From: Nitrospirota bacterium
GTDB lineage: Bacteria; Nitrospirota; UBA9217
DNA length: 64,000 nt
Assembly (NCBI GenBank): GCA_963790205.1
Contig: CAWBNQ010000003.1
Coordinates: 288,001 to 352,000 of the forward strand
Reading direction: 5' to 3'
Part shown: positions 9,368 to 18,173 of the stretch, piece after piece
How the letters are laid out: every line of letters starts with the position of its first letter
Numbering within the stretch: the stretch's first letter is position 1
Position numbers and translations under genes: made by a program
Notes under the pieces: model-generated
Told to the model about the DNA's origin: nothing
The model's database searches: none
The model's input: the letters and a program-made list of their open reading frames with translations, nothing else

Positions 9368-9560
9368 TACGTATTCTCCTTTTTCTTTGTCCTGTTTATA
9401 AAAAACAGGATGTTTAGTAGAATGTAGGGTCTCCCTAAAATTATAGGTAAACTCCTTTTTTGCCCCTGTTTCCTGAAGCTGAAGCAGGGTTTGTCCCAGC
9501 CGGCTTTCCCCCGAAGGCCGAACAAAGACATGAATGCTATGGCAGGCTGATTCTGATAAT

Positions 9561-9576
9561 AGCAATAGTAGTGCCA
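9561..9576 (-). promoter_or_regulatory. Sigma54 (-24/-12) promoter of the OmcE-like gene
   Basis: Minus strand TGGCACTACTATTGCT matches the consensus TGGCAC-N5-TTGCW exactly. Confidence 0.8.
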
Positions 9577-10110
9577 GAATAAAATAATATATTTTACAAT
9601 AAGTTGTAAAATATGCGATGGTATTGACCAATGCTCCTGGGTGATATGACCCAATGTTGGCGTGTACAGACTACAAGAAGTGAATAAAAGCTCTAATTTT
9701 CGCGCAAGGTCGCAGGTAAAGTATGGATCCCAAAAGCTATTGAGACGCAGAAAAATTGGCAAAATACGACAACCTAAAGGATAGACGCTTCGAAAAAGTA
9801 TTTCAGCTGTCTTTCGAGATCCATCGCGTGCCATTGCGATCCAAGGGAGAAGCAATTCGGTCATATATTTTGAGTTACCATAGATTTTCATGGTGGGAAA
9901 AAGTTTCAACTTAATTTTGCCTGGGTCTGGGTTGGGTGAAATAACCCCGGTTTTAGGTTAAATACCGCTTAAGCGTCATGAATATTCATGACCGGCACGG
10001 CACGAACAAAGCGACTTGAATCCTACGAGTACATATCGTGAAATTAAATGGTTATTATTACAGTAAGTTATGGCAAAAAATTGAATTGCCATAGCCTTAA
10101 TTCACAATAT

Positions 10111-10126
10111 TGGCATTTGTTGTGCA
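10111..10126 (+). promoter_or_regulatory. Sigma54 promoter of octaheme copy 1
   Basis: TGGCATTTGTTGTGCA (GG-N10-GC) in AT-rich DNA, 220 nt upstream of the ATG. Confidence 0.65.
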
Positions 10127-10346
10127 TAATACTTAACAGAAAATGATGCCACAGTCTTTTCCCCCGATTTGATGTGGCTTTCATTTATCGTTATGGCAGG
10201 CTAAGAAAAGAGTTGCAAGGAGGAAATCTATTCAGGGTAAAGCATTTGGAATAGATGAAAGCTGTGCGTAACGCAGTTGTCGGGCCGGTTTGAACAGGGC
10301 CTGATTACTAGGGTTAAAATCCTCAACAATCAAAAGGAGAAGTAAC

Positions 10347-13300
10347 ATGTATGTAAAAAAGAACTTTATTTTTTGGCTAGCCGCGCTTGCCCTGGTCATT
10401 CCGCTTTTCATTGCGGGCACCGCCAGCGCAAAGTATATGAGCGACGGCGCCGTGCAGAACGCCACGAACGGCGGCTGGAACACGCCGAATGACATGATAT
10501 GTATCGTCGGCGTGCATACTGACGGCACGCTGGATATCGCTGACGGCGTAACGAACGCCAGGGATTGCATCTATCTCCAGACAGGAACCATGAATGGCGG
10601 GACAGCCTTCGACCTGACTGGCATGACTACGTCCGCTGCGTGTACAACCGCAGGCGGAACAGGAAACGACGGCGCGAAGCATTCCTGGGCAACCAGCTTC
10701 TGCACCAAATCCCTGAAGGGTCTGGACAGGACCCAGCAGATGTGCCAGGGCATCGGTGGCACCTGGGTAACTACCGGTAAGTGCGTTGCCTACGGCAGAC
10801 AGTTCAAGGGCCAGGATGCAAGCGGCACGCCTTTGGCCATTGGCACAAAGGGTACAACGCAAGGAGCGGGCACGGGCTATTGCTATACGACCATGAACAT
10901 GACCACATCGTATGGTACGACGACGGTTCCCGGCGGCACGACTGGCACAATATGTCCTGCTGGCAGCACGAACTCGTCGACTGCCTATGACTGGGCATAC
11001 AGCAGCAGCAAGTGCACCTATGCCAAGGGTATTGCCGGTTATTTGAACGCGGCGCTTACCAAGGCTGACGGCAGCACCTATGCCGCCAATTCTTACCTCG
11101 ATCTGAGCCTGTTCAACACGATGGGCGACTGCCTCGCGGCCGGCGCTTCGTGGGCCAACTGGACCGGCCAGGCAGCTTCGACAACTTCCATTCCCACGAC
11201 CCCGTCGGCTTCCACAATACCGGCGTGGGTTTATAACACGAACACGCCTGACGCTGACAACGGCTGCCTCCATTGCCACAGCAGCCTGACCGAGTACAAC
11301 GGCCCTGCCGAGAGAGAGAAAGACAGCTATGTCAAGACCGGCCACAAGAACATGCTGAGAGCAGTCAAAGCCGGCATGCCTTGGGCGGGTCCGGACGGCG
11401 TGGCGTACACGACCGACGGCGCCAACACCATCAACTTCATGACCACGTCCGATTCGTATGCGAAGATCACGGTGGGCGGCGTAGACCAGAACCTTTATTA
11501 TATCTACGGCGACTGGATGGCCGCGCTTCCGACAACGGTCTACGGGACGAACGGCTACTCGTCAGCCCCGACGGGATCCAACAATGGTTACACCTGCTAT
11601 GCGTGCCATGCTACAGGCGCGAGTGACAGTTCCGGTCCCGTCCCCGGCGTGCAGTCGATCGGCACTTCCGGATACGCCGGGATTGAGCCGCAGGCCACGT
11701 TCCCGGGAATCAGTTTTGCTAATAACCCGAAATGGGACTTGGACGGCATTCAGTGTTCACGGTGCCATAATGCGACGGTCGCGCCGATATCTGCGACACA
11801 GATCGCGGCATCCAGCTTCAAGACCACCGCTCCCACCAGCGGAGGCATGGGCGCGCTTGCTTCAGGCACCGGCAGGAACAACCTCTGCTTCGGCTGCCAC
11901 CAGAGCATCGACAAGGCCTGGCCGGCCGGCACAGCGCAGTACGATCCCACGAAGATCCCGGTCGGCGTAAGCCACGGGGCGCAGTATGGACGTGAATTCA
12001 ACGGCCATGTGCTGGGCAACTCCTTCCTGAACAGCGTGCACGCAGAGTACGCGGGCGCCCAGAGCGGCAACGGATCGATCACGTTGAACGCCCTCGGGAA
12101 GTACGATCTGACCGACCCCAACGGGACCTCAGAGTACGGCAGCTCCTTCCAGGGCTTCACCTGCTGGCAGTCGTCCACCGGCAACAGCCCGGCGAAGACC
12201 AAGGCTGACGGCACGGAAATAAAGACCAAGTCAGACTGCGAAACCCTCTACGGTGCAGGGACGTGGAGAGCAGACGCCTCCGGCGATCTGGGTACCGTGC
12301 AGGGCTCCTGCAGCACCTGCCACGACGTTCATAACAGTCTCTTTGTCGCTTCTCAGAAAGAAGCGGCAATGAGAAAGACGTGCGAGGATTGCCATGTTAA
12401 CAACGCCACGACCGGCGCGACCATCAGCTCCGTTCCGACGGCGTCGGTCATACGCCATCCGTCGGGCTCGGGCACGCCGTTCGATGCTGCCAAATATGAC
12501 AGTGCGTGCGTGGTCTGCCATATGGCCTCGCAGGCAGAGGAGAACGGGGACCAGGTTTCCATGCCGGTGCATGTCTGGAGGATCAACACCAACGCATCCT
12601 ACAACACGTTCCCGACCATGGCCCAGTTCTACGGCGGGTCCTGCAGCGTACACACCGGCCCGGTCCAGAATGCTCCCAGCAAGCCGGTTGTCTACCTGTC
12701 CGACGTCGCTGCCGCTAATTCGTCGTGTACCGCCGCAGGCACCCCTTCCGTGTGCTGCACGGGTAATAAGACGGGAACCTGCGTTGATGCGTCCAATTGC
12801 ACTGCGGCTTCCGGCACCTGGACTGCTGCGACAAAGAACAGATCAGCTCAAACCGCGCCTGATGGTTCTTACACGAACGCGGTCTGGGTCGATCTCGACC
12901 TCGCGTGCGGCCAGTGCCATGGCGGCTCGCTCGGCACCAGCGCAACGCACAACGGAGCGCTGTATATCTCCAAGGCGGCGCTTGCCGCGGCTGCAACCGG
13001 CATGCACAGCGCCGGCGTAGTGAGCCAGCCGACGGCCAGCACTCCCGTGGTGTCGCATGGCACGGTTACCGTGACCGCCTGGACGGTAAGCTTCGCCGAC
13101 ACGTCAACCTCCGGGGACGGGACCACGCCCAACGTAAATGTGAACTGGGGTGATGGAAACTACAACCACGGAGTTGCCGGCGATGTCTTCACCCATACGT
13201 ACGCGAGCACGCGGGCGAGAAGCTACACCATTAATCATGTGGCCATCAGCTCCGTGAATTCGAGGCTGGTCTCCACACCTGCAGATAGGTTCTCGGTCAA

Positions 13301-13568
13301 CGTGCCCCAGCGCTACACGATATCGGGCATCATCACGACCAGCACGGGCACCACGCCGATGGCGAACGCGTATGTGTTCCTGAAGGCGGGCACCCGCACG
13401 GTGCAGTACCATAAGACGGACGCGACCGGTACCTTCAGCTTCTCGAAAGTTCTTCCGGGCAACTACGCGGTCCATGTGTACAAGTTCGGGACCACCTTCG
13501 GGACCGACGCCACGATCAGCGGCCTGAGCTCGGATCAGTCGCTGACCATCAGCTCGATAACACCGTAA
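10347..13568 (+). CDS. Large secreted octaheme cytochrome c, copy 1, with C-terminal PKD-like and carboxypeptidase-regulatory-like (Ig/prealbumin) domains
   Basis: AGGAG RBS, Sec signal (..GTASA|KY); CLHCH, CYACH, CSRCH, CFGCH, CSTCH, CEDCH, CVVCH, CGQCH; many extra Cys; PKD-like VNWGDG..FTHTY; YTISG..TDATGTFSF..LPGNY. Confidence 0.9.
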   Translation: MYVKKNFIFWLAALALVIPLFIAGTASAKYMSDGAVQNATNGGWNTPNDMICIVGVHTDGTLDIADGVTNARDCIYLQTGTMNGGTAFDLTGMTTSAACTTAGGTGNDGAKHSWATSFCTKSLKGLDRTQQMCQGIGGTWVTTGKCVAYGRQFKGQDASGTPLAIGTKGTTQGAGTGYCYTTMNMTTSYGTTTVPGGTTGTICPAGSTNSSTAYDWAYSSSKCTYAKGIAGYLNAALTKADGSTYAANSYLDLSLFNTMGDCLAAGASWANWTGQAASTTSIPTTPSASTIPAWVYNTNTPDADNGCLHCHSSLTEYNGPAEREKDSYVKTGHKNMLRAVKAGMPWAGPDGVAYTTDGANTINFMTTSDSYAKITVGGVDQNLYYIYGDWMAALPTTVYGTNGYSSAPTGSNNGYTCYACHATGASDSSGPVPGVQSIGTSGYAGIEPQATFPGISFANNPKWDLDGIQCSRCHNATVAPISATQIAASSFKTTAPTSGGMGALASGTGRNNLCFGCHQSIDKAWPAGTAQYDPTKIPVGVSHGAQYGREFNGHVLGNSFLNSVHAEYAGAQSGNGSITLNALGKYDLTDPNGTSEYGSSFQGFTCWQSSTGNSPAKTKADGTEIKTKSDCETLYGAGTWRADASGDLGTVQGSCSTCHDVHNSLFVASQKEAAMRKTCEDCHVNNATTGATISSVPTASVIRHPSGSGTPFDAAKYDSACVVCHMASQAEENGDQVSMPVHVWRINTNASYNTFPTMAQFYGGSCSVHTGPVQNAPSKPVVYLSDVAAANSSCTAAGTPSVCCTGNKTGTCVDASNCTAASGTWTAATKNRSAQTAPDGSYTNAVWVDLDLACGQCHGGSLGTSATHNGALYISKAALAAAATGMHSAGVVSQPTASTPVVSHGTVTVTAWTVSFADTSTSGDGTTPNVNVNWGDGNYNHGVAGDVFTHTYASTRARSYTINHVAISSVNSRLVSTPADRFSVNVPQRYTISGIITTSTGTTPMANAYVFLKAGTRTVQYHKTDATGTFSFSKVLPGNYAVHVYKFGTTFGTDATISGLSSDQSLTISSITP

Positions 13569-13591
13569 GAAGCACCATCTTCACCGCATCA

Positions 13592-13631
13592 AACAGGCAG
13601 GCGGGTTTCTCCCGCCTGCCTGTTCTTTTTT
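13592..13631 (+). terminator. Intrinsic terminator after octaheme copy 1
   Basis: aacaggcaggcggg-tttct-cccgcctgcctgtt followed by a T-run. Confidence 0.85.
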
Positions 13632-13668
13632 CAACGGACCTCCCCGCGGCTAAAGCGCGGACTTGTGC

Positions 13669-13697
13669 TTGCGAAGCCCGCGAGGGAAGGATATAAT
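13669..13697 (+). promoter_or_regulatory. Putative sigma70 promoter of the SurA-like lipoprotein (same at 21454-21482)
   Basis: TTGCGA-17 nt-TATAAT between the terminator and the ATG at 13730. Confidence 0.6.
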
Positions 13698-13729
13698 TCA
13701 AGGGAACGACGATAGAAAGAGGAGCTGGA

Positions 13730-14473
13730 ATGAGAAAACGCACACTCGTAACGATCATACTGGTATTTTTGGTCTCGCACCTGGCGCTCGTCTCGTGCAA
13801 AAAAACGGAGACCGCGGGCGTAGCGCCGTCAGCGGAGGAAGCGCACCGGACGGCGATGCTGGAAAAAAGCTTTGCAGAATCGAAAAAAGTGGTTGCCGCC
13901 CGGGTCAACGGAGAGGCCATTACCCTGTTCACCCTTTTTCGGGAGATGAACGCGCTTGCCCCCCGATACCTGGGCGCCGGCGGCCAGAGGACCCCGGAAC
14001 TCGACAAGAAGATCAGGAGCGAAGCGCTCGACATAGTAATCTTCGAGGAGCTGGCCGTGGAGGAGGCGAGAAAGCGCGGCATGAAGGCGGCGCCGGAAGC
14101 GATAGAGGGCGAGATAAGGAAAATAAAAGCGAGCACAGGCTCTCCAGCCGGTTTCCAGGAGTATCTCGACAAGAACGGCCTTACGGAAGGGGAACTCCGC
14201 AAGACGCTGGAGCAGGACGCCCTGTTTGAAATGATCGCCACGCAGGAGATCGACGCGAAGATAACGGTAACCGATGCGGCCCTCAGGGCGCGCTATAAAA
14301 AAGAAAAGACCGGACTGAAAGACGCCGCCCACCGGCAAATGACGTTTGAGGAGTCGAAAGGAATGCTTGAGCAGAAGGTCAGGGCCGAGGCGGCGGAAAA
14401 GAGGATGCGGGAGTGGGAAAAGGAACTGAGAAAAAACGCCCGCATCGAGCTCGTCGGGCAAAAGCGTGGTTGA
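13730..14473 (+). CDS. SurA N-terminal-domain chaperone lipoprotein, copy 1
   Basis: GAGGAG RBS, lipobox LVSC, VAARVNGEAIT..ALDIVIFEELAVEEARKRGM; similar to 3243-4256 but lacks the parvulin segment. Confidence 0.82.
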   Translation: MRKRTLVTIILVFLVSHLALVSCKKTETAGVAPSAEEAHRTAMLEKSFAESKKVVAARVNGEAITLFTLFREMNALAPRYLGAGGQRTPELDKKIRSEALDIVIFEELAVEEARKRGMKAAPEAIEGEIRKIKASTGSPAGFQEYLDKNGLTEGELRKTLEQDALFEMIATQEIDAKITVTDAALRARYKKEKTGLKDAAHRQMTFEESKGMLEQKVRAEAAEKRMREWEKELRKNARIELVGQKRG

Positions 14474-14819
14474 GCAGGGAAAATTCCTTGGACGCGGGTC
14501 CCCGCTAAAATATTCGAGCAAGGGGTTTCGCGGACGAACGCGGACCGGTCCCTTGTATCCTTAAAAAACCATTACCACCCCTCGCCTTGTTCCATTCCCC
14601 GGAGGGAAGAGACCCCGGCGCTCATCCCGGCGCCGGCTTCGGTCCCTCAAACAACGCCCCGGTAATTGCCCTTGCGGGCAGTCCCGCTCCGTGGTATGAT
14701 ACCGCACTTATCGCGCACGGGACGCGGCCGGACGGGCCGCGGAAGAGTTGACATCATTCCCGGCGGACAGGGGCCCATTTCCGCCCTTTGCCGATGAACC
14801 ACTCTGATTTTTAGTGACT

Positions 14820-16241
14820 ATGATCAATCCCTTTCCGACCATCCATCCGGTTTACCTGATCTACTTTTTCGGCGGGGCGGCCTTCCTTTTTTTGAGCTTC
14901 TCCATCGGCACAAAGAACATGCAGGGGAGCGACCTGCGGATCGCGGACAGCCTGTGGCTGCTGGCGATCTTCGGCTTTATCCATGGTCTCCGTGAGTGGC
15001 TGGAGATATACCCGCTGCTCGAGGGAGTGCATTTGGGCCGGGAGGAAATATTTGCCATAGAGCTCATTTCCTCCGCCCTGTTGATCGTCTCGTTCATGTT
15101 CCTCCTGCAGTTCGGCTTGTCGCTCTCCCTTGATACGAGGCTCAAACGGGTGAAGTGGACCGTGGGGACCTACGCCGCTCTCTGCTTTATCTGGATTTTT
15201 TTCATGGAGCTGCGCGGTTTCAGCTCTGACCTGCTGATCGTGCGGCAGGTGCAGACCGGCGCGCGGAACACCTTCGGCCTCATCGGGGGATTTGTAACCG
15301 CCTATGGAATGATCATGTATTCGTATTCCCGCGAAATAAAGAACTTACATCATTCCATTTCACGCAATCTCTCTTACGCGGGGTGGGCCTTTGCCGGTTA
15401 TGCTTTTTTGACGACTACTTTTTTCTCCCGTATCGCCGGTACCTACGCCCCCTACTCGAAGGAGATCTTCCGCGGGGGCGCGGCTGTTCTTATAGCGTAC
15501 TTTATCATCAAGGCATTGAACATTTTCGACATCGAAATGAGGAGCAAGGCCGGGGACCAGGCGAGACGGCTTGTGCAGTCCGAGAAGCTGGCTTCGCTGG
15601 GGCAGCTCGCCGCGGGCATCGCCCATGAGATAAACAATCCATTGACCAACGCGTCCCTGGGGATCCAGTTGCTCAGGAAGCGGCTGGGCGATCCCGGGCG
15701 GGCGATCGTGGAACAGATCAAGGCCGTGGAGAAGAACATAGACCGCGCGGCCGCGATCGCGCAGGAGCTCCTGCAGTTCTCCCGCCGGCAAGACATGGAG
15801 TTTCTTGCCCTGAATATCAACGAGGTCATCGTCAACGCTCTTACGATGATGAAACATAGACTGGACAGGGTCGTCATTACGCAGGACCTGGCGCCGCTCC
15901 CCGCGGTCATGGGGGACCGGGGAAAGCTCGAGCAGGTCTTCATCAATATCCTGTCCAATGCACTGGAGGCCATGCCGGAAGGCGGCAGGCTTTCGATCTC
16001 CACCGTAGTGCGGGAGGGCATGATCGAAGCCCGCATCGCGGATACGGGGACCGGGATAGCACAAGAGAACGTATCGAGGGTCTTTGATCCTTTTTTCACG
16101 ACGAAAGAGGTCGGTTCGGGGACCGGACTCGGCCTTTACATATGCTACGGCATCATCAAACAGCATCACGGGCTCATAGAGCTTTCCAGCGCCCCCGGGC
16201 AGGGCGCCACGGTCACCGTGAAAATTCCAGCCAGGGAGTGA
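14820..16241 (+). CDS. Multi-pass membrane sensor histidine kinase
   Basis: ~7 hydrophobic segments, H-box QSEKLASLGQLAAGIAHEINNPL, N-box NILSNALEA, DTGTG, FFTTK, GTGLGL. Confidence 0.93.
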   Translation: MINPFPTIHPVYLIYFFGGAAFLFLSFSIGTKNMQGSDLRIADSLWLLAIFGFIHGLREWLEIYPLLEGVHLGREEIFAIELISSALLIVSFMFLLQFGLSLSLDTRLKRVKWTVGTYAALCFIWIFFMELRGFSSDLLIVRQVQTGARNTFGLIGGFVTAYGMIMYSYSREIKNLHHSISRNLSYAGWAFAGYAFLTTTFFSRIAGTYAPYSKEIFRGGAAVLIAYFIIKALNIFDIEMRSKAGDQARRLVQSEKLASLGQLAAGIAHEINNPLTNASLGIQLLRKRLGDPGRAIVEQIKAVEKNIDRAAAIAQELLQFSRRQDMEFLALNINEVIVNALTMMKHRLDRVVITQDLAPLPAVMGDRGKLEQVFINILSNALEAMPEGGRLSISTVVREGMIEARIADTGTGIAQENVSRVFDPFFTTKEVGSGTGLGLYICYGIIKQHHGLIELSSAPGQGATVTVKIPARE

Positions 16242-16242
16242 T

Positions 16243-16893
16243 ATGACAAAGGTACTGATCGTAGACGACGAAAAAGAGTTCAGGACGTACCTCTCGGAGG
16301 CCGTGAGCGCGGCGGGGTACGAGGTGCAGCAGGCGTCCTCCGGCAGGGAGGCGGTCGACAAGGCGGCTGACGAGGATTTTGACGTGGTCCTGCTCGACCT
16401 GATCATGCCCAAAATGAGCGGCTCCGATGTCCTCGTCGAACTCAGAAGGGTGAGCCCGCGGTCGAGGGTCATCATGATCACGGCCTTTGCGAGCATAGAG
16501 AATGCGGTGGACGCCATAAAACGGGGGGCCACCGATTACCTGTCCAAGCCCTTTAAGATCGATGAGCTTCTGATGCGCATGAAGCGCGCTCTCGAAGAGG
16601 CGCGGGTCGAGCTCGGCACGGAGAAGGGGGATTTCGACGGCATCCTGGGCTCTCTGTCCAACCCCATCAGAAGGGCGATCATCCAGATGATATCGCTCAG
16701 AAACACCATGCGCCTCATGGACCTCGTCAGAGAGCTGAATATCTCCGATCATACGAAGGTGCTCTTTCATCTGAAAATGCTGAAGGAGGCGGGGGTCCTG
16801 GAACAGGGCCCGGATAAAGCCTATTTCCTCGCCAATCAGGGGAAAAAGACCCTTGCCTGTCTCCAGGTCCTCGAAAAACACCTCCTGGAATGA
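16243..16893 (+). CDS. Response regulator, REC + ArsR-like winged HTH
   Basis: VLIVDDE..LLDLIMP..ITAF..KPF receiver, then LSNPIRRAIIQMI..VLFHLKMLKEAGVL. Confidence 0.88.
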   Translation: MTKVLIVDDEKEFRTYLSEAVSAAGYEVQQASSGREAVDKAADEDFDVVLLDLIMPKMSGSDVLVELRRVSPRSRVIMITAFASIENAVDAIKRGATDYLSKPFKIDELLMRMKRALEEARVELGTEKGDFDGILGSLSNPIRRAIIQMISLRNTMRLMDLVRELNISDHTKVLFHLKMLKEAGVLEQGPDKAYFLANQGKKTLACLQVLEKHLLE

Positions 16894-17118
16894 ACCTGAC
16901 CCGGACAAGCCGGAAAAGCTTTTTAGCCACACAAGTCACAAAGAGCACAGAGGGAACCGAAACGGGAATAGTTTTAAATGCTTTCAAGCTTTTTTCTGAG
17001 CCATTTGTGCCTTTTGTGGCAAAATATTTTTGCCGTCTTTGCGGGCGGGACGTACCAATGTGTATATAATTTCACATTAATATCATTTGATGTGATATAA
17101 GTTCACGAGAAATCCTTT

Positions 17119-17778
17119 ATGAAAAAAATCCTTATCATAGACGATGATGTTGAGTTCAGCGCGCTCCTTGCGCGGGTCGTGGCCGAAGCGGGGTATCAAT
17201 ACGACGTGGCAGCCTCATGCAGAGAGGCCCTGGAAAAGGCGGCCGCCGGAGACCACGATCTGGTCCTGCTCGACATGATCATGCCCGGGGGGAGCGGCGC
17301 CGACTGCCTGGCGGAACTGAGAACCAAGGACCCCCGGCTGAAGATAATCGTGGTCACCGCCTTCGCGACCATCCAGAACGCGGTGGAGGTCATAAAAAAA
17401 GGCGCGAGCGATTATCTGGCGAAACCCTTTAAAATAGAGGAGCTTCTGCGGGCCGTCCGGCGGGTGCTCGAGGAAGCGAGTTTTGAGAAACTGGGAGACA
17501 AGAAGGACTTCCACGGCATCCTGAGCTCCCTGGCCAACCCCGTCAGGTCGGAGATCATCCGGCTGCTTCACGCGAGAAAGAACGCGAGGCTCAGGGAGAT
17601 CGCGGAAGGGCTCGACCTGACGGACCGCGCCAAAGTGCTTTTTCATCTGAAAAAATTGCAGGACTCCGGCCTCGTGCAATACGATAAAGACCATACCTAT
17701 TCGCTCACGATCGTGGGCGACATATCCCTCGAATGCCTGAAGGTCATGGAAACCCACCTTTTTTCAGGCTTCAAATAA
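17119..17778 (+). CDS. Response regulator, REC + ArsR-like winged HTH (paralog)
   Basis: ILIIDDD..LLDMIMP..KPF, then LANPVRSEIIRLL..VLFHLKKLQDSGLV; clearly paralogous to 16243-16893. Confidence 0.88.
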   Translation: MKKILIIDDDVEFSALLARVVAEAGYQYDVAASCREALEKAAAGDHDLVLLDMIMPGGSGADCLAELRTKDPRLKIIVVTAFATIQNAVEVIKKGASDYLAKPFKIEELLRAVRRVLEEASFEKLGDKKDFHGILSSLANPVRSEIIRLLHARKNARLREIAEGLDLTDRAKVLFHLKKLQDSGLVQYDKDHTYSLTIVGDISLECLKVMETHLFSGFK

Positions 17779-17948
17779 CTCGTAACTCGTAACTCTGCGT
17801 GAATACTGCTTCACAGAAAACCTGAAAAAAAATAAATTAATCATACGCACGGCATTTGGCCCAGTATTGAGGTCATTTCGCGGTATGGCGGCCGGTCCTG
17901 GAAATCATCCGGGGTCATAACTGCCTGTACATTCACGCGCTTTTTGTT

Positions 17949-17964
17949 TGGCACTGCAAATGCA
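17949..17964 (+). promoter_or_regulatory. Sigma54 promoter of octaheme copy 2
   Basis: TGGCACTGCAAATGCA (GG-N10-GC), at nearly the same distance from the shared leader hairpin as in copy 1. Confidence 0.7.
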
Positions 17965-18173
17965 TCACCCGGTATTGAAAAAAATGATGCCACAGTCCTT
18001 CCCCCGATTGATGTGGCTTTCATTTTGTTTATGGCAGGCTGAGACAAGAAGTACACAGCAGTAGTTATCAGGCCGGTATGAATCAGGATGAATCAGGCCT
18101 GATACACCCTGCTCCTGCGAAAACGCGGGCGCAGGCAAGGTTTAAAAACCTAAAAATCAAAAGGAGAAGCAAC

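Larger units (their letters stand above)
13371..14460 (+). repeat. ~1.09-kb direct repeat, copy A (3' end of octaheme + terminator + chaperone gene)
   Basis: Appears identical to 21156-22245 (offset 7785). Overlapping ORFs in several frames translate identically in the two copies. Confidence 0.9.

Noticed and set aside
9367..9550. c-di-GMP-I / cGAMP (GEMM) riboswitch in the OmcE-like leader, as found upstream of some Geobacter cytochrome genes
   Set aside because: Only a partial ggaaagcc is present; I could not find the P1 GNRA hairpin or the rest of the consensus. An Infernal scan would settle it.
9367..9909. 180-aa ORF and the 88-codon upstream extension of the OmcE-like ORF
   Set aside because: They cover the AT-rich divergent promoter region, have no recognisable motifs, and the RBS plus signal peptide point to ATG 9367.
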